A DNA stretch of 64,000 nt from Cyclobacteriaceae bacterium. GTDB taxonomy: Bacteria > Bacteroidota > Bacteroidia > Cytophagales > Cyclobacteriaceae. The stretch spans positions 26,321 through 90,320 of the forward strand of contig JBJXEB010000112.1 of assembly GCA_046155095.1 (NCBI GenBank), in the 5' to 3' direction. The position numbers and the translations under genes were made by a program. Below, piece after piece: positions 19,592 through 29,540 of this stretch. Within the stretch, counting starts at the first letter, position 1. Each line of letters starts with the position of its first letter. A model generated the notes under the pieces. It saw only the letters and a program-made list of their open reading frames with translations, was not told the origin of the DNA and ran no database searches.

Positions 19592-20698
19592 ATGAGTGTT
19601 CCATTTGTTGATTTATCCAGCCAGTACCAAAGCATCAGAGAAGATATTGATAAAGCAATTGCTAATGTAATTTCAGATACAGCTTTTGTAGGTGGAAAGT
19701 ATGTGAAAACATTTGAACAACAGTTTGCTGCCCTTTATGGAGTAAAGCATGTAATCGGTTGTGCCAATGGTACAGATTCGTTATACATCATTATGAAGAT
19801 GTTGGGCATAGGTGATGGTGATGAAGTAATTACCGCTGCCAACAGTTGGATATCCAGCTCGGAAACAATTTCCCAAACAGGTGCGACACCCGTTTTTGTT
19901 GATGTTAATCCAACATACTATAGCATGGATGAATCTAAACTTCAAGCGAAGATAACATCCAAAACAAAAGCTATCATACTTGTTCACCTACAAGGGCAAA
20001 TGTGCGATATAGAAGCAATAAAAAATATCTGTGATAAGAATAATCTTTACATGATAGAAGATTGTGCGCAATCACATTTCTCTGAATACAAAGGCAAGCG
20101 GGCAGGCCTGTTTGGCATAGCGGCTTCCTTTAGTTTTTATCCTGGAAAAAATCTTGGAGCTTATGGCGATGCTGGTTGTATGATCACCAATGACAATGCT
20201 TTGGCGGAGAAATGCAGAATGTATGCCAATCACGGAGCTTTAAAAAAACATCAACATCAAATAGAAGGAATCAATAGCAGGCTTGATGGCTTGCAGGCTT
20301 CAATTCTTTCTGCAAAACTGCCGCATATCCTAAGATGGACGGAGCAACGGATTAAGAATGCATCGTTATACAATAAGTATTTAAATGGCATAGCTGAAAT
20401 CAACTTGCCAGCAGTTAGGCCAGATACAGAACATACCTATCACCTTTATGTTATTCGTACGAAACAACGTAAGGCTTTAGCCGAACATTTGAGTAAGAAG
20501 GGAATTGAAACAGCTATCCACTATCCAACCACGCTTCCCAACCTAGCAGCATATCGATACCTTAATCACACACTGGCAGATTTTCCTGTGGCATCACAAC
20601 TTCAAGACGAGATACTATCACTACCCATGTACCCTGAATTAACTGAAGACATGATCAGGTATGTGGCAGACTCGATAAATACATTTTACAACAAGTAG
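19592..20698 (+). CDS. DegT family aminotransferase, WbpE/WlbC-like
   Basis: EDCAQSH, SFYPGKNLGAYGDAG, and NSRLDGLQA; follows the dehydrogenase and acetyltransferase genes. Confidence 0.88.
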   Translation: MSVPFVDLSSQYQSIREDIDKAIANVISDTAFVGGKYVKTFEQQFAALYGVKHVIGCANGTDSLYIIMKMLGIGDGDEVITAANSWISSSETISQTGATPVFVDVNPTYYSMDESKLQAKITSKTKAIILVHLQGQMCDIEAIKNICDKNNLYMIEDCAQSHFSEYKGKRAGLFGIAASFSFYPGKNLGAYGDAGCMITNDNALAEKCRMYANHGALKKHQHQIEGINSRLDGLQASILSAKLPHILRWTEQRIKNASLYNKYLNGIAEINLPAVRPDTEHTYHLYVIRTKQRKALAEHLSKKGIETAIHYPTTLPNLAAYRYLNHTLADFPVASQLQDEILSLPMYPELTEDMIRYVADSINTFYNK

Positions 20699-20708
20699 GA
20701 TTGGAACC

Positions 20709-21857
20709 GTGCCTGATTTAAAAAACAAGACAATATTGATTTTATCGCCACAGGCTTGGGGGAAGATGTTTGTTTCCAAGCATCATTATGCCATAGAGTT
20801 GGCGAAGCGAGGTAATAAAGTTTATTTTTTAAACCCACCAGACCAAGTTAAAGTTGATAGGGCTGAACCCGTTGAAATAAAGGCCAGCAATGCTCATCCG
20901 AACTTATATTTGATTGAACATAAATTATTCTTTCCCTACAGATTGAAGTTTAGAGCACTGCCTGTTTTTCATTGGCTGATGAGATTTCATATCAAAAAAC
21001 TTTTGAAGAAGATCGGACACCCAGTCAATATTGTTTGGTCATTTGATCTGGGTAATCTTTATCCTTTTCATCTATTTGGCGATCGTCCATATAAAATTTT
21101 CCACCCGGTAGATGAACCCTTAAACCCTCCGGCAATTCAGGCGGCTAAAGGCGCCAACATTATCTTCTCTGTAACCAACGAAATTTTAGCAAAGTATAAT
21201 CAATTCGATATTCCCAACCATTTTATCAACCACGGTGTTACGGAAGATTTTTTAGCGGAAACAATTACGGAAGAAATCAATGACCCAATCCGGGTTGGGT
21301 TCTCGGGCAACCTGCTTCGAATTGACACCGACAGGGAGACACTTCTTCAAATCGTTCAAGAAAACAAACAATGTATTTTTGAGTTTTGGGGAAGTTATAC
21401 AACAGCGCAAGCTAACATAGGTGGACATGAGGACGCAAGTGCAAAAAAATTTATAGAGTCATTGCGTCATCATAAACATGTGATTTTGCACGGGGCTGTT
21501 GCAGCACAAGAATTGGCGAAATCCATTAAACGAATGGATGTTTTCTTGATTTGTTATGATGTTAAACGCGATCAAAGTAAAGGCACAAATTACCATAAAG
21601 TAATGGAGTATATGGCCACAGGTAAGGTGATTGTGTCTAACAATATTACCACCTATCGTGATGAGCCAGATTTAGTTCGAATGATTAGTGAGAGAATAAG
21701 CAATGATAGTTTGCCACTATTGTTTAGTAAGGTCCTGGGTGATTTGACCAATCAAAACTCGGTTTCTATCCAAGCAAAAAGAATTGCTTTCGCTAAAATG
21801 AATGCTTACAAGGAGCAGCTTTTAAAGATTGAATCAATGATTACTAGTCAGAGATAA
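20709..21857 (+). CDS. GT-B (GT4-like) glycosyltransferase
   Basis: SKHHYAIELA, HGVTEDF, and KVMEYMATGKVIV. Confidence 0.7.
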   Translation: MPDLKNKTILILSPQAWGKMFVSKHHYAIELAKRGNKVYFLNPPDQVKVDRAEPVEIKASNAHPNLYLIEHKLFFPYRLKFRALPVFHWLMRFHIKKLLKKIGHPVNIVWSFDLGNLYPFHLFGDRPYKIFHPVDEPLNPPAIQAAKGANIIFSVTNEILAKYNQFDIPNHFINHGVTEDFLAETITEEINDPIRVGFSGNLLRIDTDRETLLQIVQENKQCIFEFWGSYTTAQANIGGHEDASAKKFIESLRHHKHVILHGAVAAQELAKSIKRMDVFLICYDVKRDQSKGTNYHKVMEYMATGKVIVSNNITTYRDEPDLVRMISERISNDSLPLLFSKVLGDLTNQNSVSIQAKRIAFAKMNAYKEQLLKIESMITSQR

Positions 21858-21912
21858 CTTACTATTGAATAGTTTTGATCTTCCATTCAATGCCGTGGTA
21901 TAAAAGCTTAAT

Positions 21913-21940
21913 TGAATTACCTTGCAGGACGTGTAATTCA
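21913..21940. other. Intergenic 8-bp inverted repeat (hairpin)
   Basis: TGAATTAC (21913-21920) and GTAATTCA (21933-21940) with a 12-nt loop. Confidence 0.4.
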
Positions 21941-21950
21941 GAGATACCAT

Positions 21951-21984
21951 TTTGATTGATTAAACTTGAAGCGGTGTAAATTTG
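21951..21984 (+). promoter_or_regulatory. Putative internal Bacteroidota sigma-A promoter
   Basis: TAAATTTG (-7 consensus TAnnTTTG) at 21977-21984 with TTTG at 21951-21954, 22 nt before the ATG at 22007. Confidence 0.5.
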
Positions 21985-22006
21985 TTTGTTAATCGTTGAA
22001 GAAAAA

Positions 22007-23041
22007 ATGAAAATTTCTATTTGCATTCCCCAATACAATCGAATCAATTATCTTCTTAAAAGCCTTAAGATAATTGAGAAACAGACATATCCAAACATTG
22101 AAATATCAATTAGTGATGACTGTTCTACCGATGAAACTGTCGAGGAAATATCCAGACTGAAGACCATTTATAAATATCCTATTGTTTTCGATAAAAATCC
22201 TCAAAATTTAGGATACGATAGAAACTATAGAAAGTGCATTGAAATGGCTTGTGGAGATTACGCATTAGTCATAGGAAATGACGATTCTATTTACGGGGAA
22301 AATAGCATTCAATTTTTGGTGGATTTTTTAAAAAGCAACAATTTTCCTGATGTGGGCTTTTGCAACATGGTAGAAGACCGAACGGGCGGCACTTTTATTA
22401 AAAGGGCTTTAGCGACAAAAGTACTAGGTCATGGAAGTGATATAGCTATAAAGAATTACTCATGCTTTAGCTTTGTTGGTGGTTTAGTTTACAAACGCGA
22501 AATTTTTCTGCAACATAATACTGCTAAATATGATGGCAGTATCTTCTCACAGATGTATCTTGGTGTGCTACTGATTTCAAAAGGAGCAACATTGTTTAGT
22601 ATCCATGAGCCAATTGTATTGAAAGATATTTTAATCGATGGCGTCTTTAGAAAGTCGTACCGTGACCGAATCGCAAAAAGTTGGAAGGACTTTCGAGTTG
22701 TAGATGGTGGTATTCCATCGGTGATTAATGTTTTGATTTCTGCCTTGAAAGACTCCGATAACCTTACTCAAAAAAGGATTGTCTATATTTTTAAAAGGAT
22801 CTATACAATAACCTATCCACATTGGATTTTAGATTACAAGGAGAATGGAGCATTACCTGAAGCAATTGGCCTTATCATTGGTATAAACCCTTTAAGAAAT
22901 GCTAATTTTAAATTGTTGAAGTTTTACAATAGGATTATAATATTTGTTTTATACTTAATGAGCAGTATCATTGGTCTTTTAATGCCAGTTTGGATATTTA
23001 TCAAATTAAAGCAGTCTCTCTACTCCTTTTTTAAGAATTAG
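22007..23041 (+). CDS. Glycosyltransferase family 2
   Basis: ISICIPQYNR, DDCSTD, NLGYDRN, and GNDD; ATG at 22007 preferred. Confidence 0.88.
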   Translation: MKISICIPQYNRINYLLKSLKIIEKQTYPNIEISISDDCSTDETVEEISRLKTIYKYPIVFDKNPQNLGYDRNYRKCIEMACGDYALVIGNDDSIYGENSIQFLVDFLKSNNFPDVGFCNMVEDRTGGTFIKRALATKVLGHGSDIAIKNYSCFSFVGGLVYKREIFLQHNTAKYDGSIFSQMYLGVLLISKGATLFSIHEPIVLKDILIDGVFRKSYRDRIAKSWKDFRVVDGGIPSVINVLISALKDSDNLTQKRIVYIFKRIYTITYPHWILDYKENGALPEAIGLIIGINPLRNANFKLLKFYNRIIIFVLYLMSSIIGLLMPVWIFIKLKQSLYSFFKN

Positions 23042-23044
23042 CAG

Positions 23045-24070
23045 ATGAATATACTCATAGTGGGAGCAAATAGTAAATATGCGATTGAGTTACCTTATGT
23101 CAAGTACTTGTCAGATGTATCTGGCGTATCAAAAGTTGACTTTTTCCCAGCTCAGAATATTTTTCTGGAATTTTACAAAAAAAACTTATTAAATAAGTTG
23201 ACTTATAGGGCGGGACTAAGCACCGTATTAAATGAAATAAACGGTGCGCTTATTGAATTTATCGATAAGTGTAAACCGGATTTTATTTTTGTGTTTAAAG
23301 GGATGGAAATTTTCCCTTCCACACTTAAACGAGCGCGAGATATGGGGGTTAAGCTAGTTAACTACAATCCTGACAATCCATTTGTTTTTACGGGAAGAGG
23401 AAGCGGGAATAGTAATGTGCGAAAATCAATTGGGGTATATGATTTGCATTTAACCTATGATGCTGAGGTCAAAAGTCGAATTGAGAATGAATTCAAAATT
23501 AAAAGCAAAATATTGCCTTTTGGTTATGAACTCGATCAAGGACTTTTTGAAATTTGTAAACAGGAAATCGAAATAAATAGGGCTTGTTTTTTGGGCAATC
23601 CAGATAGTCAACGAGCAAGATTCGTCAATAACCTAGCCAGCTATAAATTGCCCATTGATGTTTATGGTCACGGTTGGTCACGGTTTGTTAAAAGTAAATA
23701 TATTGCAGTTTATGATGCTGTGTATAGTGATTCTTTTTGGAAGACCTTGCGAAAGTACCGTATTCAAATTAATTTAATGCGTGTTCATAATCCGAACTCG
23801 CACAACATGAGAACCTTCGAAGTGCCTGCTGTAGGAGGTATTCAACTTGCTCCAGATACATCTGACCATCGTTTTTTTTTCTCGAATGGAAAAGAGATTT
23901 TTTTGTATAGAAATTCTGATGATTGCTCAAATCAAGCTATTGAATTGCTTTCTTGGCCATCAAGTAGTGCCCTTGAAGTACGCGAAAATGCTCGAAGTCG
24001 GTCACTAAGATCTTCCTATAGCTATAAGGACAGAGCCCTTCAGGTATTTAACGAGCTAATAGCATTATGA
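23045..24070 (+). CDS. CgeB/Glyco_trans_1_2-like glycosyltransferase
   Basis: NYNPDNP, DVYGHGW, and HNMRTFEVPAVGGIQL. Confidence 0.8.
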   Translation: MNILIVGANSKYAIELPYVKYLSDVSGVSKVDFFPAQNIFLEFYKKNLLNKLTYRAGLSTVLNEINGALIEFIDKCKPDFIFVFKGMEIFPSTLKRARDMGVKLVNYNPDNPFVFTGRGSGNSNVRKSIGVYDLHLTYDAEVKSRIENEFKIKSKILPFGYELDQGLFEICKQEIEINRACFLGNPDSQRARFVNNLASYKLPIDVYGHGWSRFVKSKYIAVYDAVYSDSFWKTLRKYRIQINLMRVHNPNSHNMRTFEVPAVGGIQLAPDTSDHRFFFSNGKEIFLYRNSDDCSNQAIELLSWPSSSALEVRENARSRSLRSSYSYKDRALQVFNELIAL

Positions 24071-25188
24071 GCACAGAGAAAATTGTAGTCGTACATTTTT
24101 CGCCAATCGAACTATATCCGCCTCTGCAAAACTTATTGCGGGAGTTATCAAAGACTGGGATCGAGGTGTCTGTAATTACGACTTTTAATTCTCGTTACAT
24201 TCTTAATGCGTACAAGATAAGCACCCCAAAAATAAAAATAATACGTTTTGGTAAAGTAGAAAGAAAAACGTCTAATGTTAAGAGGTTATTGAATTATCTT
24301 TGGTTTTATGGTGCGTGTTTAATGACTATTATTAAGCTTAAACCAAACAAAATTTTGTACTTTGAAACCCTATCATCCTTACCCGCCTGCATCTACAAGA
24401 AAACGGTAAACAAGAAAGTCGATTTGCTTGTGCATTATCATGAATATACAAGCAAGGATCAATACAGGGTTACACAGCTGGAAGATTGGCTGCATAAGAT
24501 TGAAAAGAAATTGTATCCCTATTGTAAATGGATTTCGCATACAAATGAGCAAAGAATGAGAATGTTTGAGCGTGACATTCTACCAAAAGAAATATCTTTT
24601 AATTCAAGAAAGATTCTTCCAAATTACCCTCCACGAAGTTGGAAATCTGCGCCTAAAGCTAGGAGTTCATCACCAGCTAGATTAGTGTATGTAGGTGCTT
24701 TGTCATTAAATTATATGTACGCAAAAGAATTTATTGATTGGATAATTTTGCAACAGGGAAGGGTAACATTGGATATCTTTTCATACAATTATTCAGAAGA
24801 TGTAAAATCCTTTGTACGAGATTTAAATTCAAAATGGATAAAAATGCATAATGGTGTTACCTATGACCAACTGCCAAATATTTTGAAAGAGTATGACGTA
24901 GGGGTCATTTTATATAAAGGGGTTATAGAAAATCATATATTTAGTGTTTCAAATAAATTATTTGAATATCTGATGTGCGGCCTTGATGTTTGGTTTCCAA
25001 GTGTAATCATTAGTAGCTTAGGTATGGTGAAGGAAACGGGCTATCCAAAAGTTATTTCGGTGGACTTTACAGATTTGTCAAAATTGAATTTGGAGGAGAT
25101 GCTAACGAGAAGTGGTGAAACTAATGAGTTCGCTTTTTTTTGTGAAGAAGCACTAGCGCCATTGATAACTAATCTTACCCAAAAATGA
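24067..25188 (+). CDS. GT-B glycosyltransferase-like protein
   Basis: LVYVGAL, YDVGVILYK, and SNKLFEYLMCGL. Confidence 0.65.
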   Translation: MSTEKIVVVHFSPIELYPPLQNLLRELSKTGIEVSVITTFNSRYILNAYKISTPKIKIIRFGKVERKTSNVKRLLNYLWFYGACLMTIIKLKPNKILYFETLSSLPACIYKKTVNKKVDLLVHYHEYTSKDQYRVTQLEDWLHKIEKKLYPYCKWISHTNEQRMRMFERDILPKEISFNSRKILPNYPPRSWKSAPKARSSSPARLVYVGALSLNYMYAKEFIDWIILQQGRVTLDIFSYNYSEDVKSFVRDLNSKWIKMHNGVTYDQLPNILKEYDVGVILYKGVIENHIFSVSNKLFEYLMCGLDVWFPSVIISSLGMVKETGYPKVISVDFTDLSKLNLEEMLTRSGETNEFAFFCEEALAPLITNLTQK

Positions 25189-26009
25189 TTGAGCAATTAT
25201 TAAGATTTTTGCCGCCATTTAGAGGAAAACATAGATTAGCGAGACTTCTATTAAAAGGTAGAATTAAGGCAAATCAAGAAGCAATTGTATGGGGTAGATT
25301 TAGGTGTCGATACAAAATACCCAATATATACGAAAACGTGGGCTTTGAAATTTATATTAACGGGATATATGAACCCAATACTGTTAGTTTTATTATTAAA
25401 CGAATAAAAAGGAATGGTTCGTTTTTAGATATTGGCGCAAACATTGGTGCAATTTCAATACCTGTTGTCACTCTTAGGCCAGACATTAGTGGTATTGGCG
25501 TTGAAGCATCCCCTAGAGTATTTGATTATTTAAGTTGGAATATACGTATTAATCAGCTTTCGAATATTAGTATTGTAAATAATGCTATGTCAAATAGAGA
25601 TGATCAAACCGTGGATTTTTTCAGCCCTTTGGATAAATTTGGTAAGGGATCATTAGCACCCATTTTTACTAATGATTCGGTAGAAGTGAAAACAATTACT
25701 TTGGATGAATTTTCGACAAAACAGGAGGTTCCAATAGATTTTATAAAGGTCGATGTTGAAGGTTTTGAGTCACTGATATTTGAAGGAGGTAGTGAATTGC
25801 TGAAAGGTATGCAGGCGCCTGAGATATTATTTGAGTTTGTTGATTGGGCTGAAGAATCGGCAGGTCAACTTCCTGGTAGTGCGCAAACCCGATTGCTTGA
25901 CTTTGGATATAACCTTTATGACTTTAAAAATGGTAAAATTGGAAAGAAACTTGATAGACCAATACAAAAAGGAGCCTCAATGATCTTTGCAACAAAGTGT
26001 CTATTCTAA
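25185..26009 (+). CDS. FkbM family methyltransferase
   Basis: YEP, FLDIGANIG, VEASP, and IDFIKVDVEGFE. Confidence 0.9.
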   Translation: MIEQLLRFLPPFRGKHRLARLLLKGRIKANQEAIVWGRFRCRYKIPNIYENVGFEIYINGIYEPNTVSFIIKRIKRNGSFLDIGANIGAISIPVVTLRPDISGIGVEASPRVFDYLSWNIRINQLSNISIVNNAMSNRDDQTVDFFSPLDKFGKGSLAPIFTNDSVEVKTITLDEFSTKQEVPIDFIKVDVEGFESLIFEGGSELLKGMQAPEILFEFVDWAEESAGQLPGSAQTRLLDFGYNLYDFKNGKIGKKLDRPIQKGASMIFATKCLF

Positions 26010-26019
26010 GAACGTGTCT

Positions 26020-27009
26020 ATGAAAGTTGTTTTTTTCCTGCGGAAAAGGTATCGCGGGGTTTATAGCATTGAACTACTATTTGAGCAACTAATAAGTGCA
26101 ATGCCTCAGAATATTGAAGCTGTTGAGAAACAAATGAGATTTCCCAGCAACGGTTTTTTTAAGCGCTTATATGTTTCTTTAGAGTCAATGTTTTTCCAAG
26201 GTGATATCAATCACATAACAGGAGACATTCACTTTATTGCTCTTTTTCTAAAAAAAAAATCAACGGTATTGACTATTCATGATATTGGTTTTATAAATCA
26301 TCAACAATTGTTGGCTCGCTTTATGTTAAAATGGTTTTGGCTCATTTTGCCAATAAAGAAATGTGCTGCCATTACCGTAGTCTCAGAAGCAACCAAATTA
26401 GAAGTACTTAAATTTTTTAATTATAAGATATCATCTAAAATTCATGTCATACATAATCCAATACGCCCAATTTTCTTTCCTAAATATAAAGTATTCAATG
26501 CAGAAGAACCCGTAATATTGCAAATTGGAACAAAGGACAATAAAAATATACCAAGGCTAGTAGAGGCACTTTCTCAGATAAAATGCAAACTTGATATCGT
26601 TGGTCATCTTTCGCAAGAAACTCTGGAAAAGTTAAAGTTTTATAAGATAGATTATACGGTATCCGCCAATTTATCCGACATGGAAATCGTTAAGAAATAC
26701 GAACAGGCAGATATAATATCTTTCGTTTCTACCTATGAAGGGTTTGGCCTTCCAATTATTGAAGCAAATGCCATTGGTAGAGTGGTAGTTACTAGTAATA
26801 CATCTAGTATGCCTGAAATCGCAGGTAATTCCGCCCATCTAGTTAATCCATTTGATAGTGCTTCGATAAGGAGTGGGTTCATGAAAGTTATAAATGACAC
26901 TTTGTATCGTGAAAAATTAATATTAAACGGTTTCGGCAATGTGAAAAGATTTGAACCAACTGAAATTGTAGCACAATATGTGAATCTATATAATTCGTTG
27001 ATAAAGTGA
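26020..27009 (+). CDS. Glycosyltransferase family 4
   Basis: TIHD, KNIPRL, and STYEGFGLPIIEANAIGRVVVTSN; ATG at 26020 preferred. Confidence 0.9.
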   Translation: MKVVFFLRKRYRGVYSIELLFEQLISAMPQNIEAVEKQMRFPSNGFFKRLYVSLESMFFQGDINHITGDIHFIALFLKKKSTVLTIHDIGFINHQQLLARFMLKWFWLILPIKKCAAITVVSEATKLEVLKFFNYKISSKIHVIHNPIRPIFFPKYKVFNAEEPVILQIGTKDNKNIPRLVEALSQIKCKLDIVGHLSQETLEKLKFYKIDYTVSANLSDMEIVKKYEQADIISFVSTYEGFGLPIIEANAIGRVVVTSNTSSMPEIAGNSAHLVNPFDSASIRSGFMKVINDTLYREKLILNGFGNVKRFEPTEIVAQYVNLYNSLIK

Positions 27010-27025
27010 AACCATTGCTCTTACC

Positions 27026-28309
27026 TTGAACCTATTTACCATATTTTTATTTTTTATATTTTCCTATTTTCTGTTTATCTGGAAAATGGGGAAGATATAT
27101 CCGATATTATATCTTTTCTTATTCACCTATTTTTTACAGTATGTATTTTCAGTGTACTTGATATATAATGAATATGAGGTGTTGCGTAGACAAATGCCTA
27201 TTGGAGAGCAAGAACTTTTCGATTATGTTATTCCTGCTTTACTATTCTTATTTGCAGGCGTTTTTATTTTCAATAGAGATATCCCAATACTAGAGTGCTT
27301 AAAAAGGATTGACAGGAAAGACGCAGCTAACTTAGGGCACTTACTAGTGTCCGTTTCCCTGATTTTTGACGGTCTTGATTTCCTCAATATTCCTGGCGTT
27401 CATTCCATTCACTCTTTTACCTATTATCTTAAATTTAGTGGAGCAATGTGTTATTTCTTTGCACCATCAACACCAAATTATGCAGTACTCTTTTTTGTGT
27501 TTCTCAGTCTTGTACAACATGCCTTGTATGGTGGAGTGTTTATCGATTTTTTCATGTGGTCTACCTACCTATTTATTATCGTATCGTTAAGGTATGAATT
27601 GTCATTTAAAATTCGGTTGTCTTTTATTCTTTTAGCAGCTCCGGTTCTAATAATAGTACAATCTGTCAAGAGCGAGTATAGAGAAGCCACTTGGAATGGC
27701 AAGCGAGAAACAGGTATTGGGCTGGTTAAGGATCTTGCACAAAAGAAACAAGAGAAAGAGAATGATCCTTTCGAAAGATCGGACGGTGTAGTAAGAACGG
27801 TTGGTCGATTGAACCAAGGTTGGCATTTAGGGAAGGTACTTAGATGGGTGCCAAAACATGAACCGTTTTCAGGTGGCGATGATATTTTAGGTGATATTGA
27901 GGGGACGGTTCTTCCGCGAATCTTTTTCCCTGACAAAAAGATAATTGGATCGCAAGAGAAGTTCTATAGATACACTGGTCATAAACTTACTTTGGGTACT
28001 TCAATGACTATTGGTGTTTTGGGGGATTTCTATGTAAATTTTGGAAGGTGGGGCTCTTTTTTTATGCTGTTTGTATTTGGGGCATTTGCTGCTCGCGCGT
28101 TACATTTCTTTGTGCGCAAATATGTCTTAACTGACCCGATCAATGTTATATGGATACCTTATCTATTTAGTTATTTGGTTAGAGCAAATAACGATTTTTA
28201 CATTGTATTCAACAATCTGGTGAAAGGGTTTCTTATTTTCCTTTTTATCAATTATGTGCGCAGACAAATTTGGCCAAGTAAAGTACCCGTAAATCGATTG
28301 TTAAAATAG
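27026..28309 (+). CDS. Wzy-like polysaccharide polymerase (multi-TM)
   Basis: About 10-11 hydrophobic segments, a large loop with RLNQG, PRIFFPDK, and GDFYVNFG. Confidence 0.6.
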   Translation: MNLFTIFLFFIFSYFLFIWKMGKIYPILYLFLFTYFLQYVFSVYLIYNEYEVLRRQMPIGEQELFDYVIPALLFLFAGVFIFNRDIPILECLKRIDRKDAANLGHLLVSVSLIFDGLDFLNIPGVHSIHSFTYYLKFSGAMCYFFAPSTPNYAVLFFVFLSLVQHALYGGVFIDFFMWSTYLFIIVSLRYELSFKIRLSFILLAAPVLIIVQSVKSEYREATWNGKRETGIGLVKDLAQKKQEKENDPFERSDGVVRTVGRLNQGWHLGKVLRWVPKHEPFSGGDDILGDIEGTVLPRIFFPDKKIIGSQEKFYRYTGHKLTLGTSMTIGVLGDFYVNFGRWGSFFMLFVFGAFAARALHFFVRKYVLTDPINVIWIPYLFSYLVRANNDFYIVFNNLVKGFLIFLFINYVRRQIWPSKVPVNRLLK

Positions 28310-28312
28310 CAC

Positions 28313-28359
28313 TCCAAAGGAAGTAAAGCGTTTTTTTTACAAAAGTAATTTCCTTTGGA
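28313..28359. other. Intergenic 10-12 bp inverted repeat, possible terminator or processing hairpin
   Basis: TCCAAAGGAA (28313-28322) and TTCCTTTGGA (28350-28359) directly after the wzy-like stop; no U-tract follows. Confidence 0.4.
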
Positions 28360-28388
28360 ACATTGATGTCAAATACCTGCTGGTAATT

Positions 28389-29540
28389 ATGAAAGGTAAA
28401 AAAAACATAGTCGTGATTACAGATTGGTTTGCGCCTGGTTATAAAGCAGGTGGCCCCATTCAATCATGTGTTAATTTCTGCATGGCCATGAGGGGTGAAT
28501 ATGAAATTTGTGTGATAACCTCCGATACTGACTTGAACGAAAGTGAACCATACCCAACTATTGAAAGCAACAAATGGAATAAGACATTAATTCCTTCTGT
28601 CAATATTTATTACTTTTCAAAATCTCAATTGAGGTATAGGAAGCTAATGACTGTTATCAATGAAGCAAAGCCTGATTTTATTTACCTAAATCACATGTTT
28701 TCATTTTGGTTTGTAATTGTGCCTTTATGGATGTGGTGGAAAGGTCGCATAAAATCAAAAATGATACTATGCCCAAGAGGGGCCTTGTTTGACAGCGCGA
28801 TGCATCATAAGAAATCATTCGTAAAGAAATTTTTTTTTCTAAAGATTTTTCGTTGGCTTCGTGTTTTTAAAGAGATTAGATTTCACGCAACGAATGAAAA
28901 TGAGAGAACGGCTATAAAACGATATTTCCCAACGGACAAGATTATCGTAGCTAACAATTTTCCGAACCGAATTCAAACTGAATTTACAGGAATCAAAAAG
29001 AGATATGGGCATATAAATGTAATATTTATCGCTCGCATTTTACCAATCAAAAACTTACTATTGGCTATTCAGATTTTAAGCAAAGTAAGAGTATTGGTAA
29101 CTTTTACAATTGTTGGCCCCATTGAAGATGAGCTTTATTGGCAAGAATGCCAAGCTAGCATCAGGCATTTGCCAGAGAATATTGACATTAAATACCTTGG
29201 TGCAAAGAACAACCATGAATTGAATCCTATTTTGAAGCAAAATCACCTCTACCTACTTCCAACTAGAGGAGAGAATTTTGGTCATTCGATTTTTGAGGCG
29301 TTCTTAGCAGGCCGGCCGGTTCTAATTAGTGACCAAACGCCTTGGAGGAATTTAACTGAGCAAAAAATTGGTTGGGACATATCTCTTGATAAAATTGATG
29401 ACTTCGTTAACACTATAGAAATAGCTGGTAATTGGGAGCAAGAAGAATTTGATGAATATGCCTACCTTGCATGGAATTTTGCAAAAGAATTCAATGGCCA
29501 ATCAAATGAAATACGTAGTTACAAAGAGCTTTTTTCGTGA
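28389..29540 (+). CDS. Glycosyltransferase family 4
   Basis: YKAGGPIQS, PRG, RILPIKN, and ENFGHSIFEAFLAGRPVLISDQTPW. Confidence 0.88.
   Translation: MKGKKNIVVITDWFAPGYKAGGPIQSCVNFCMAMRGEYEICVITSDTDLNESEPYPTIESNKWNKTLIPSVNIYYFSKSQLRYRKLMTVINEAKPDFIYLNHMFSFWFVIVPLWMWWKGRIKSKMILCPRGALFDSAMHHKKSFVKKFFFLKIFRWLRVFKEIRFHATNENERTAIKRYFPTDKIIVANNFPNRIQTEFTGIKKRYGHINVIFIARILPIKNLLLAIQILSKVRVLVTFTIVGPIEDELYWQECQASIRHLPENIDIKYLGAKNNHELNPILKQNHLYLLPTRGENFGHSIFEAFLAGRPVLISDQTPWRNLTEQKIGWDISLDKIDDFVNTIEIAGNWEQEEFDEYAYLAWNFAKEFNGQSNEIRSYKELFS

Noticed and set aside
21862-22047. 61-aa minus-strand ORF in the gap
   Set aside because: Overlaps the GT2 start and its promoter motif, with no recognisable features.
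26250-26259. A10 run (and other A/T runs of 8-9, e.g. 16544, 23872, 28830) as phase-variation sites
   Set aside because: A/T homopolymers of this length are expected in such AT-rich coding DNA; no frameshift is evident.
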